Assembly (NCBI RefSeq): GCF_006345805.1
Contig: NC_043002.1
Coordinates: 37,820,001 to 37,884,000, forward strand
Direction of reading: 5' to 3'
DNA: 64,000 nt
Source of the DNA: Octopus sinensis
Taxonomy: Eukaryota
In this document: piece after piece, positions 42,559 through 56,075 of the stretch
Numbering within the stretch: position 1 is the stretch's first letter
Layout of the letters: each line of letters opens with the position of its first letter
Notes under the pieces: generated by a model
Seen by the model: the letters and a program-made list of their open reading frames with translations, nothing else
Databases searched by the model: none
Told to the model about the DNA's origin: nothing
Translations under genes and position numbers: made by a program

Positions 42559-43205
42559 AAACGACCATGACCAACAGTTAGAGAAATGCTTGCACCAACA
42601 ATTGGGGAGTTGTTGCTACTAACCTAAACGCCGAGCAGTTGAAAAGAAAATAACGAAATTGATGTAAATACATATTTCTTGGACTGCTTGCTTCTGAAGA
42701 TAGACATTTACGCATGAATTACATATTTATTTTCTTTTTCGTAAAACTTCCTGCATTCTTAGAAGATTTCTTTAATGCTCCTTTCATTTTCTACAACATA
42801 CAAGCAGTCGTTTACAGACCTCCAACGTCTACAAGACTAAGTAAGCTATACATTAAACTGAAGCTCACAATTCTTTTCTATATACCATAACTTAAACAGG
42901 TAAATAATGATAAGCTACCACGTTGAGGTACACAACAGACTATGAAGACTCACACGAATAACATTTGAATGAGTAATATGTTGTTCCTTTGATTTTTCAT
43001 ATGCTATGTACCTCAGCCTAGTAGCGTGTCATTATTTAGCTGTTTAAATTATGAGAGCTTCAATGTAATGCATTGCATAATCTTCAAGATATTACACGTC
43101 TGTACATGCCTGTTTATATAATGTTATGTCACAATAAAATTTCCTAAGGAAATATTTGTAGATATACCACAAAGTACGTTCGTCTCGTTTATTATTATCA
43201 TTTTC

Positions 43206-43645
43206 ATTGAGTGAGAGAGCAGTGCATACTATCAAAGTGACACTGGGGCAAAATATACGAAACCCAGTATACACATCATGACTAACCGTCTGATAAGGTT
43301 ACACCAAGCACATGTATCACAACCATATGTGCGCGACATAGTGAATTCATATCAGGATAAATAGCGCATAACCTTGCAGGTAGGGCCCAGTTAGAATTTT
43401 CTGCAGGTCGAGTAGCCCATTCCACTCAAAAGGTCCCTGAATAAGGGTTGTTTAAGGATGTTGAACAAAACACCCATGTTTTCAAAGGTGAATTATCCAA
43501 ACCTTAAAGAATTCCTCACTTCCCCAACTTTAGATCGTGATCAGAGATGCACACATCGTCAACCACCAAACGACATGTTCAACTGGTTATGGTTAAACAA
43601 CTGACAAACAAAGCTGTGGTATTGAGCAGAATATTTGCTGTATAC
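43206..43645 (-). mobile_element. short non-coding retroposon (family D), no tRNA-like head seen
   Basis: Its 3' terminal ~45 bp recurs at 30996-31040. Both copies abut (ATT)/(ATC) repeats. Confidence 0.6.
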
Positions 43646-43689
43646 CAATACATCATCCTCCTCCTCATCATCACCATTATTATTATTCA

Positions 43690-45650
43690 GTAGTCTTATT
43701 TTTATTACGTGCTTTCACTGCAATACGAGCGCAGGCTCTGAGTGCCTAGGGTATGTTCTGTGGTTTGTTGTGATGTTCCTGTTTTTACTGCATTGAAAGT
43801 GCTTCACGCATGATATGTACGGCGGCTAGTAGTGCTATTTTCTGTATGTTATTTATACTTGTTAGTCCTGGTGCTTTTGTTATGTATTTGTTTGCATTTT
43901 TTTTATCATACCTAATGCATCTACTATGATAGCGATTGTTTCTGTTTTTAGACTCCACATTCGAATTACTTCTGTTTCCTGGACTTTGTATTTTGAATGT
44001 TTCTCTGTTTCTTTTATAGAAATATATGTCATCGATTAGAAAACATATTTTTCTTGGTGACCTTTGACAAATATATCCGGCTTACTGACCTTAATTTCTC
44101 TATCTGTGAGTACTGGCATATTCTATAGTATGGTTACTTTCTCATTTTCTGTGACATTTTCTGGCGTGTGCCTATACCATCTTTTTCTGTTGTTATTCCA
44201 TAGTATTGGCATAGCTCCCAGTGTATATAATTGTATATAGGTCTCATCTCTGTCGTGTCTGTGAATATATTACTTTTAATCAGGACTGGGCAGCCAGAGA
44301 TTTATTTATTATTTCTTGTCCATCTCCACATATTCTGCAGTTACTGGTTGTATTTATTTTCATTACATGTTTTTGCTAATTTCTGGTGCCACAATTAAAA
44401 ATCCTTCATCTCTGCTTTGTGTCCTGAGCTTCTCAGCCATTTTTGAGATTTTGCTTTGTCTATTTTCTGTTTAGTTTAACCCAGCATTTGCTACGAAGGG
44501 GCTTCCTTGCCATCGTTTTATCATGATCCGTTGCTGTTCCAGTTTTAGTTTGGCTGTCAGTTGTCTTAAAGCTTTTATTGTTTCTTCTTTTTCTTAGTTG
44601 TTAGGTACTATGACTTCTTTTTTGTATTTGTCAGCTTCCTTAAAGACTGAAAGCAGTTTTTTGTTTTGTTCGTATTTTGTGGCTATTCGTATTAGTCTTC
44701 CTTGCTTCTGAAGTAATAAGGTCTCTACCACCCTCGATACGCTGTATATATAACCTTTCTATGTCAGATTTTGGGTGGTGCAGCCTAAATCCTGTCATTA
44801 CTTTTCTTGTTTTCCTGTCTTGTTTGATTTATTTATTTAGAGTCCAGTTAAGAATATTGTAGCTGTAACTTATAATTGGGATGGCTACGGTGTTGATAGC
44901 TATTATCTTGTTTTTCTAATTGAGTTCTGTTTTCAGTATTAATCTAACTCGCCTAAAGTATTCTTTTCTTATCTTTTCTTTCATTTGTGTGTGTTGCATC
45001 GTATCTACTTCATAGATTCCCAAGTAGTTGCATACCTAGTTTTGGTCTAATTCTTTTATTTCATTTGCTTTATCTAGTGTTGCTATACTTAACTAGTTTT
45101 TCTCTTTTCAAGGTTGCTTTGGCACACTTTCCGAAGGCAAATTTCATGTTTATTTCTTTGGTAAATCCATGTACTATCTGTAGTGTTTCCAGCTGTTAAT
45201 CATTTTTAGCGCACAGTTTTAGATCATCCATATATAAGAAGTGAATAATTGTTTTGCTGTAACAGTTGTATCCACATCCAGTTCTGTTTACCAAGTCAGA
45301 TAAAGGTGTCAGTGTCAAGTAGAAAAGTAGTGGAGAGAGTGTGTCTGCCTGGAATATTTCTCTTCTAATGGGGATGACTTTGGTTGTTATAAGTCCCTCT
45401 TTTGTCTGGAGCCGTAGCACTGTCTGCCATTCCTTCACGGAATTTTAAAAATATATTTTATGATTATAGGCGCTACATTGTTCACGGCTAGTGTTTCTAG
45501 GATTCATGTGTGGAGAATACTATCAATACTATCAAAAACTTTTCGGCAATCGATCCAGACCATATTTAGACCTCTGTTTACTGCGGCTGTCTTCAGTGTT
45601 ATGGCTTTATTGATCAGCAGTTGATCTTTACAACCGCATGAGCTCTTGCC
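43690..45650 (-). mobile_element. degenerate RLE-type LINE, R4/Dong-like (RT + restriction-like endonuclease)
   Basis: GCKDQLLINKA..WIDCRKVFDS, IRREIFQADTLSPLLF, HFLYMDDLKL (RT); TDREIKVSKPDI..FLID and IQKIALL (RLE C-terminal region). Many stops and frameshifts. Confidence 0.85.
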
Positions 45651-45739
45651 ATCTAAGTCCTATGATTTTATCAGGATCATGTATGCAAACTTGGTCAAAG
45701 GATGCCGACATTTGGTTAGGGTTGGGGTTAGGGTTAAAA

Positions 45740-45952
45740 AAAAGAGAGACTCCGCCGGTTACGACGACGAGGGTCCCAGCTGATACGATAAACGGAACAG
45801 CTTGCTCGTGAAATTAACGTGCAAATGGCTGAGCATTCCACAGACACGTATACCCTTAACGTAGTTCTCGGGGATAATCAGCGTGACACAGAGAGTGACA
45901 AGGCTGACCCTTTGAAATACAAGTACAACTCATTTTTGCCAGCTGAGTGGAC
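45740..45952 (-). mobile_element. 5'-truncated SINE family C copy with 17-bp TSD containing TTAGGG
   Basis: tggggttagggttaaaa at 45723-45739 and 45953-45969. The body shares the central module with 675-790. Confidence 0.88.
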
Positions 45953-46254
45953 TGGGGTTAGGGTTAAAAGATGATGCCGAAGGGATATGATACGACATTC
46001 AAAGGCATTTCAGATCGATGTTACGTCTCTGTTTTCATTTTAGGCAGAGGTGGCCTACGCCACTGTTCATGTAGAAATTATGTGTGCTTGTTAGTATTTT
46101 TCTGGTTTTCGCATCAATGACTCGGATTTCATCACGCGTCCAATCAAGTAGCCCAAATGTTGGTATAAGTATTGGCACTGCAAACACGTTGTGGGCCAAT
46201 GTTTTATTGAAAGCAGAGTTCTGCGGTCCAAATTTTCTTTAATCCATTATGTAC

Positions 46255-46303
46255 GTACATACGTAAGAATGTATGTGTGTATGTATGTATGTATGTATGT
46301 ATG

Positions 46304-46337
<34 letters not shown>

Positions 46338-46750
46338 TGTATGTATGTATGTATGTATGTATGTATGTAGTATGTATGTATGTATGTATGTATGTATGTA
46401 TGTATGTATGTATGTATGTATGTATGTATGTGTGGATGGATGGATGGATGGATGGATAGATGTATATGCGTGTGTGTGAGGGTGTGTGTATATATGCATG
46501 TATGCATGCATGTATGTATGTATTTATGTGTATATATGTGTGTATGTATGTATGTATGCATGTATGTATGTATGTATGCATGCATGCATGCATGCATAAG
46601 TATGTATGCGTGTATGCAGGCATGTCTATATGAATGCATGTATGTGTATATGTGTGTGCATGTGTATATGTTTTTATGCATGTATGTATTTATGTATATA
46701 TGTATGCATGTATGTATGTGTGATTTTGTACGCGTGTGTGAGTGCGTGTA
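46255..46750. repeat. long compound (TATG)n/(TGGA)n/(TGCA)n microsatellite
   Basis: Directly visible. Confidence 0.95.
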
Positions 46751-46889
46751 AGTGTCTATGCATGTATGCTAAATAACAGGTCTCTGTTTCAGAACATTAC
46801 CGTCTTTAGCATTAAATATAATTTCTCTTTATAAATCAACAACATATTAGCGATAAAACTACACACACATACACACACACTCACACACA

Positions 46890-46922
<33 letters not shown>

Positions 46923-48497
46923 CTATATGTATGTTTAAGTTATATCTTATTGCGTTATGTGGGTGAAATAAGTGGGTTGATCGTCACAGGTATATTTAAG
47001 CGAAGGAAATCTGAGAGCGCTTCCAGCCAAATTTCATTCTTAATACCCAGTAGGATAATTTAGGCCATAAATCTACGAACACATTAATTAGTCAAGCTAA
47101 GACTAGCTGTAGCATGAATATTCAAAAAGTTAGCACTGATGTCAATGTTAACAGATACGTCACAAATCAGCAGGTGGTTCCGTACCATTCTGAATCAAAT
47201 TTGTATGGAATCTAAATTTTTACCCCCGTGGTTCTAGATTAAGTAGTATCACATAAATATAAACAACATAATGAAATAAAATGAAATGATATTGATGGGA
47301 AACTGGAAACAGTAGATGCGTCTAAACTGATCAGGTATTTACATCTACGTCTGTGGATCTTACCTTTCAATCTAATTGCTAGATTTAACAGACTTTCGTA
47401 CAGAAGCGTGTGTTTTAAATCTCTAAATTGTCGTTAATGCTGAATACGTTTTGGAGCCTCTTTTAAGGCTGCTCATAGATGCTAATTAAATCATTCGGGT
47501 TTTAAGCATCGTCTTTGGCAGAAGGGTTTAGAAAATTTCTCTTGAGGCAGTTCAGGTAAGCGCCTCTACTAAGAAATAGCATTCCAATTAGAACCGTTGT
47601 GTTATACTGCTTTCACAGTGCTTAATAATATCATCAATAGAGTTGGATACATGACCAGATTTTCACTTCTGCAAAGGGATTTAAAATCTATTATTTACAT
47701 GTTATTATATCTGATATCTGATGGTATCTGTTATATATATATATAACATATACTTATACGTACAATTACATAGATATGCTTATATGCACACATATATACC
47801 AATATGTGTGTTAGCGTGAATATATACACGGATTCATGTGCATGTGCGTGTTCTCAGATCTCAATACATTTTGGTAGACGCAGAGTTTCATATCACCCTA
47901 ATATCTACCGACAGATCCTGGACAGGCCGACAGATTACTAATAGAACGCACTTCTGTGCTGTTAAGAAATGGAGTGATGTATGTAATTGTAGTCTAATGT
48001 GCAATAAATTTTCAGAGTGTTGCCTTGGAAACGGAAGAGCGAATGTAGGGATAATATAAAGAGAAATAACTTATATAGATATAGTTTGATAGCATATTGC
48101 TTTAACGTTGATGAGGATAATATGCGGAGGAGATATGAAATGAAAGTAAAGTAAGAATATATGCACACACAATCGTCTGCATACATTTACATAAATCTCA
48201 CCGATTCACTGGTGTAAAATTACAAATGCAATGCTATTGGAACTAGTTCTAGGAACATCTACCATTGCTTACAACCAGAGATATGCATATATCAATGCAA
48301 AATCAGAAACGAACGAAAATGCAGCCACTAAGATTAATTTACTTTCCAGAGCTGCTACAAATTTATAATACTGCGCTAATGTATCTGATGGGTGTATATG
48401 AACGCAAAGAAATGATCCTGAATGCGAATGTACTTACAATTTTTTGTATAACACTTTAAATTGTTGGCAGCATCAATGATATATTATTACCGATTTG

Positions 48498-48528
<31 letters not shown>

Positions 48529-48721
48529 TATTTGGGTACAGGTCCTCACCAACTGTGTAAACAACATGAATTACGAAAGCAAACAAGTTAAATACGCAAA
48601 CAACGAGAGGAAAATGGAAAACAGGGCACTCAAACACATATAGATACATACAACAACGGAGTATTTTTCGTTTTTTTTTTCTTTGCCACTATATTTCGTA
48701 TGCTTTCAACGAAAAGGGAAA

Positions 48722-48834
48722 ATTTGGCTGCTATTTCTTGCATATCCCGCTACCACGTAACACGTATTTCGGGTTCTTTATCGCAAAATACCTGTTAAGT
48801 GGTAGCAGGGTGTGCTAGAAATAGCAGCCAAATC
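48722..48834. repeat. 35-bp-arm inverted repeat made of a dispersed motif (GCTAGAAATAGCAGCCAAAT family)
   Basis: atttggctgctatttcttgcatatcccgctaccac / gtggtagcagggtgtgctagaaatagcagccaaat; related single arms at about 19818-19846 and 17525-17545. Confidence 0.8.
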
Positions 48835-49812
48835 TTTGGAGCTGGCTTACGTTGAATGCACGCCAAACATTTTTGTAATGGTATTTCCTTGGGGCGATCT
48901 GTCACTTTGACTCTCAGAACTGTCATGCGGATCAGCCGGTTTTGTTCGTTAATTTCCATAAAAAGTTTTTATTTATTTACTTTTGTTTTAAAGCGAAAGA
49001 GAGGAGGGAGTGAAAGATGAATGAACGTGTATATTAAACAGACGTGTGTGTGTGTATATATATAGAGAGTGTGTGTGTCACTTATACATACATGAGAACA
49101 CACACGTTCACTCTCTCTTTCTCTCCCACACAGATATGCACACGTGCTTTCGAAAAAGATGTACGCATATGTATTGATGTATGTACGAATACATGGTAAC
49201 ACACCCCTTCACTCAGCCTCTCGCTTTCTCTTTCCCTCTCTTCCCCTCTTTCATACACACACGTCCATTTCATATACATGCACATATATCTTTCACTTTC
49301 TCCTTTCTTTCCCTTTAAAGCAAAAGTAAATATGTAAAAGAAATTTACGGAAATTTCCGAACTCCGGATGACAAGCGAACGATCGCCATTCACTTGAAAA
49401 TAATGTGTGTGCATATGTCACAAATAGCGGACGTGTCTTTGTGTTGACTGACATGCCATGATATTCATTATATGTGTGTATGTGTGCTGACGTCACAGAT
49501 GCCATGTTTGTTTTTCGTCAAGACACAACAAACAAGAATCGTGTTTAATCGTTTTCATTAAGATAGGGGTCCAGATATCACAAAAATTTTACTGTACTAC
49601 CAAATGTAAGTATGAAAATAAATTAAGATAAAATATACTATTTCTGAGATATTTCGATTACACACAAACATCTCTAGAGATTTAATATTATTAAGATGTG
49701 TGTGTGTGTGTGAGTGATGTGTATGTAGTATGTGCATATAAATGTGTAGACGTACGTTTGTGTATGTAAAAAATAAATACATACATACTCACACACGTTT
49801 TTACATTATATG

Positions 49813-49855
<43 letters not shown>

Positions 49856-50556
49856 ATTATAACAATAAGGTTCTGCAACAAGTTGCTTGACCACATACCG
49901 AAAATTTTAGAAATAGCAGTCAAAGGACTTCTATTTCCTTTTTCTACAAAAATATGTCTCCACAGACAACAATATTTGTAACTTACACATGGCAAAAAAA
50001 AAAAGAAGAAATATAATGAAATCAAACAGTCTTCGATTAATTATGGACGTACGTTTCTGGATTAGAATCATAAGATTCATTTCCTTCATCGACATAATAT
50101 TCCGATAAATAAATCTAGAAATGCTAGGAAAACTTACCCCTTATATTTCTGACCAAGCGTCATCAGAACATTTAAAAGTTAATCAGTATATCCACATTTA
50201 TATAGACGAGTGAATTTGTATTTCCCTCCAGATCTCTCTACCATGTGAGTCTGTGAGTCTTCAATAAATGCTGTATGATGTACAGATTATTTAACCAGCC
50301 TTTCTCACAACTCCAATTCCATGTCTTAGCTTACATCTGGTAAGAACTACTACAGGCAATGTTTCCGCTTATTTATATGTGTTGTGTAGGTTTGTATTCT
50401 TTTTTATGCGTCTATCAATTTTATCAGTATATCGTAAATGCTCATTCATTTTTATATCTTCATTGCGCTATGTTTTATTTTCTTGTAATCATGGGCATTT
50501 TATTTAGTCATTCAAATTCTATTGGTCACTTGTATTTTTAATTTCAAGCATTTATT

Positions 50557-50591
<35 letters not shown>

Positions 50592-50612
50592 GTTGTTGTT
50601 GTTGTTGTTGTT

Positions 50613-50654
<42 letters not shown>

Positions 50655-50672
50655 GCCGTCGTTATTATTATT
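50557..50672. repeat. graded (GTT)n>(GTC)n>(ATT)n microsatellite
   Basis: Directly visible. Confidence 0.95.
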
Positions 50673-51354
50673 AAGCAACATAGATTACGTAAATATTTTT
50701 TTTTCGTTTCGCTTCAGGTTTCCAAATTTCGCTAATGTAACTGTCTAGCAAGTGACCTAATCAGAGATCTTGTTTTGGAATGGGAACCACTAAAGCGTGA
50801 AAGAATCATTTAAGGAATACCAATAGACACAAAACTTGGAATTCATATGAAATTTAATTTTTATCGTGATTAAATCTTCGTCGCGTGAATGCAATCCATC
50901 ACAGAAACATTTCCACGAGAGGGTGAACATTTTGACAACTAAAAATATAATTCCATAGATAATTTAACATTTTTGCGGCTTTTTAAAGGGTGAAAAATAA
51001 CCTCCATAGAATGAAAATGCAATGCATTTGTTTCTATATTTTTTGGGGCGAAAATCACTTCGAATTATACGGTGTATTTCTTGTTTATAAATTCACTTGC
51101 TCTTATAAAAGTAATTGTATTGTTTTATTGGGCAAGTTTCCAAAATAAAGTATATTTTTGTAGATATTTAAAAATATTTTTACGGGTGATTGGTTATACC
51201 TTTTATTGTTGTTTTCAAGATATTGCAGATTTTTGTGATTAAACTCGCACCAGGGATACATGCAAATGTCTACTGATATATACATGCATGCATACGTACA
51301 TACATACATATACACTGATATATGTATGTATGTATGTAAGTATATGTATGTATG

Positions 51355-51405
<51 letters not shown>

Positions 51406-52325
51406 ATATATATATATATATATTAATTGAATGAAGGTGAGTATATGCATGCATAAACATGTATGCATGTATATTACACACGCACACATACACACAGACA
51501 CACACACATATATGTATATAAATTGAGGTAGGAGTTGTGAGTGCAACCCACCATGGGATAACATATATCCAATATACTGCCAGTAAAGCACCCAACAAAG
51601 TTAATACATAAATGTTAAAATGTTAAGAATTGCGATGCAATTAATTCATTTATTGTATTTTATGGGCGAAGGTAAAATGTTTTACCACAAATTTATAATA
51701 CGAAATAAGAAAATGGAGAAATACACCTTAATCAATAATCAACTATCAGATAATACCCATTCACATAATTTATTAACCAACTACATATGAACATCAAGGT
51801 CAAACATAATAGTACAGAACAAAACAGTGCACATCAATGAGTAATATGATACAATAAGTACAATATGTATAAATAAATATAAATAAATATAAATATAAAT
51901 ATAAACTATATCTTACAGCTGTTTCAGCCAGGTAGATATGAGTATCTCATTATGCTCATATTAGCCAGGTGTGATAATCAATATGTGGTTATAAATGAGA
52001 CACTTACAAATATATCCCAAGGCCCCTTCAGAGATTATAAAGTACAATCTAAATATGAATATCAGAGAAGGTACACCCATACAAGAATGAGTACAAATAC
52101 ATAACATATAATATACACGTACACATAAGTGTAAATACACATGCACCTATATATATATACGTATATACATAATAATATATAATAATATACACACATATAT
52201 ATATATAAGGTTACAGTTAGTCAAATCAATATATTAGAATATTACAATATACAAACATACACATATCTATATGCACATGTACATATACAAAGTCGAGAGT
52301 TCATTATATTAAGTTACAAAATGCC

Positions 52326-52355
52326 ATTAATTATTATTACCCTTATTATTATTAC

Positions 52356-52425
<70 letters not shown>

Positions 52426-52440
52426 AATAATAATAATGAT
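52326..52440. repeat. (ATT)n/(AAT)n microsatellite
   Basis: Directly visible. Confidence 0.95.
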
Positions 52441-53286
52441 AATACCAGTAAAATAATATGTGCATCACGCCGTTCACAGTACATATTAGGTGGAAAAAAT
52501 CCCGTGAAATAGTAACATAATAATAACAATAATAATACAGTACAGTACAAAACATTACAGATCAGCAAACTTAAAAAATGAAAAATATTGATTTACATCA
52601 TAGCAAAATCCAGAAGTGTACATGCATATAAACGCATACAAGTCAGAGTTTTGACGGTGATATATATTAAGCAGTAAGTTTGGAAATAATTTAAGATTGA
52701 AAGCTCAATACGATTGGCTGGCACATTTGAATTTCAATTGTCTTCGTTACGGTTGGTTTATTAAGATACATTTACATACATACACACGTATATGTGCGCT
52801 TACACACATATACATAGATAAAAGTAACAGAAAATACAAGCTTACACAGACATGCTTACATACATAACCACATACGTATATATCCATATATATATAAACA
52901 AATACATATACCCAAAAGCAATATATATATATACGCAATAAGTCGAAACAGGGTCAGCTGAAGAAGGGGAATGTTCCTTGTGTTGTATGTCTTGTACTCT
53001 GTTTTTTCGTTGTTAAAAAAAGTCCGTTTCCTTGTTTTGTTTTTATGTTTTCATTTCTCGTTGGGTTCTACGTACTTTTGTGGTGTCCTGTACCCATATA
53101 TGCATGTATATATGCATATAGATGTAGGTATGTACATAAATGTATGCATATGTTTTATTTATTAAATTGTTATTATATGATTGAACGCTACGCGTAAGTT
53201 TTATATATATATATTTACTATAAAATTGGATTCAATCCTAAATCTGATTTTTCCCTGTAAATTTGGATTTATTCCCTAATATTTAT

Positions 53287-53357
<71 letters not shown>

Positions 53358-53950
53358 TGACTTGACCACCTTTAACTTATTTAATAGACCATCTGAAGGA
53401 GATTGCAGGAGTACCGCTGCCGTCACGTGTAAGCAGGTACTCTGAGCAACAAATGAACGTTGTGATTGTGTGTTACTTGGCCTTCAAAACGGATCAGCCA
53501 TCTTCAAGAGCGCATCCTGTTTCCCAGTCAAAAATGCTACGTCTCTTAAATGGTCGACACCAACGGGCGAGTCAGAAACCTTCATGACTCTACCGTGTGG
53601 AAGCGGTTTGCAGAAACGCATTGTGGTTTGCAGAGAGCAACATAATGTAAGCACGACAGCTATGTCATTCACTGCATCCTTCTCCTTCCCCAGTCATCTT
53701 GATCTGGTTTGTCACTAGAAGTGAAGTCGACGTTGGACGACGATTCATCACTTTTAACGTGCAAGTCATTTCTGGGATGATTAGATGGTCATCATCTCTC
53801 CCACAGACGAATATTATATGTATGTATGTATTTACACCCATACACACACACAAACACAAACACACAAACACACACACACACATACAAACATACATATATA
53901 CATACATACATATATACATACATTACATACATACATATACGTCGTTGCAA

Positions 53951-53984
<34 letters not shown>

Positions 53985-54181
53985 GATAGATCGGTAGCCA
54001 CTACACACATTTTGTTTTCTCTCCTTGTTTTCTCTCGTTGTTTCTTTTTGTTTTCCTTTCTGTGGAAGAGCCTAGGCTCGAAACGAAAAGACTTTTTCAA
54101 TTCCTGAGCGTTATACTAATACATCTGTTTGTTTTCTACACCGCCTGCCTTCGTCTTTTTTTTTTTTCGTGAATTCTCTAC

Positions 54182-54215
<34 letters not shown>

Positions 54216-55508
54216 GGAAAGATAAATATATATCGCTTCTCCAAGTTTCTCATTCCTCTGCTTCGAATGGATTTCGAAAGCATGAAAAATAACCGTCTTG
54301 AAACGGATGAATAATACATATTTTCATCTGCTGCTTGTGAATCGGAAAGCATATATGTATGCATGATATGTGCCTTTTTCATTGTTTGTTTGCGAATGTT
54401 TTTGGGTTTTCGTAATACTAAACCAAATTTCCAAAATTAGGTTCCTTAATTTTTTATGTAACAAACGTTATCTTAAAATTATAGTAAATAGTCTATTACA
54501 TTCCACATCATATATAGTGGGTATAGAAACACATACACACACAGAGTAATTTACATACACACGTACACACACACTCACACGCCTTTCGACTCTGTATTTC
54601 TGTTCTATAAATTTACCAGTTCATTTCTCACCCTTTACATCGATCAGACATCCTTAAGTCAATTATTTTGCAGAAAATTCGTTTCGGAAGTATTTCATCT
54701 CTAAACACCACACACACACACACACATACACACACATACACACACACACCCACGCACACACACACATACACACATACACCCACGCACGCACACACACATA
54801 CACACAAACACCCACGCACACACACACACACACACATAAGTTTTTATACTCCCATATGTGAATGCATACCGTCAACTGGTATACGCTCACATGACATATC
54901 AAACTTATTGATGCACTCATACGCTCACACAATAGAACATACCTCAGTATACTCTGAAACATGCACACGTAGATAGACAGAGGTTCATGCAGAAATATGT
55001 TCACTTACAATATATAATAGATATTCTATATTGATAGATGCTATCATACCACGTTCCCCATTATTACCAATTAATTCATGTCAGAGTATATGGATATATA
55101 TATATAAAAAAACAGCAAGTTTATTTCCAGCTAAGCTATCCACTTAAAAAAAAGTGACGGCATATCTGCGTATCTGAAATGGCAAGTATTCTGACTTCAT
55201 ATGGAGAATCTCACATGTTAGAGTAACTTCCGTAATCTGCTAATATTACACACACATATAAGCACAAACATATATACTGGGACACGCACACAGCACACCA
55301 ACACAAATATACTGGGTTTTTTTTTCATCCTATACATGTATATTGATTAATATAAGAAATGGGGAAACATTTTGGTAGTTATATATGTTGTTAGCACAAT
55401 ATTTACTTAACTACATTCTTGAATTCATATAAAGTATTGAATTATGTCAGGAATTTCTAATGCTTCGGTCATTTTTACATCACCTTGCTTCATTTTCATG
55501 CTGCTGCA

Positions 55509-55586
<78 letters not shown>

Positions 55587-55638
55587 GCTACTACTAATCC
55601 TCCTCCTCCTCCCACTACTACTACTACTACTACTGCTA

Positions 55639-55670
<32 letters not shown>

Positions 55671-55850
55671 ACTGCTGCTGCTGCTACTGCTGCTGCTACT
55701 ACTACTCCTCCTCCTCCTCCTCCTCCCACTACTACTACTACTACTACTACTAGCACTACTGCTGCTACTACTACTAATACCACCATCACCACCACCAACA
55801 CCACCACCACCACCACCACTACCACTACTGCTGCTGCTGCCGTTGCTATT
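55509..55850. repeat. compound (CTA)n(CTG)n(CCT)n(CCA)n microsatellite with an internal higher-order duplication
   Basis: The block (CTA)n(CTG)n..(CCT)4-5CCC occurs twice. Confidence 0.95.
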
Positions 55851-55865
55851 TTTTATTACCATTAG

Positions 55866-56075
55866 GTATCGAGCTTATGGAGCAGTTACGGCACTCGACA
55901 AAATGCTTAGCGACATTTCCTTTGCTTTTACGCTGTGCTAAAATGTCACTGGGGGTTGACTTCTTTCGGCGTCGATAAAATACAAAGTACCATTTAAATA
56001 CTGGAGTCAACGCTATCAGGTAGCCCTTCACCTCAATTTCAGGCCTCGTGTCTACAGGAGAAAGACTTATTATTA
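55866..56075 (+). mobile_element. degenerate SINE family B copy
   Basis: aaaatgcttagcgacatttc..ctttcggcgtcgataaaa..aagtacca..tcaggcctcgtgtcta with an (ATT)-like tail. Confidence 0.7.

Noticed and set aside
55425-55941. 145-165 aa Ser/Gly-, Leu- or Thr-rich ORFs
   Set aside because: Compound trinucleotide microsatellite that is open in most frames on both strands by construction.
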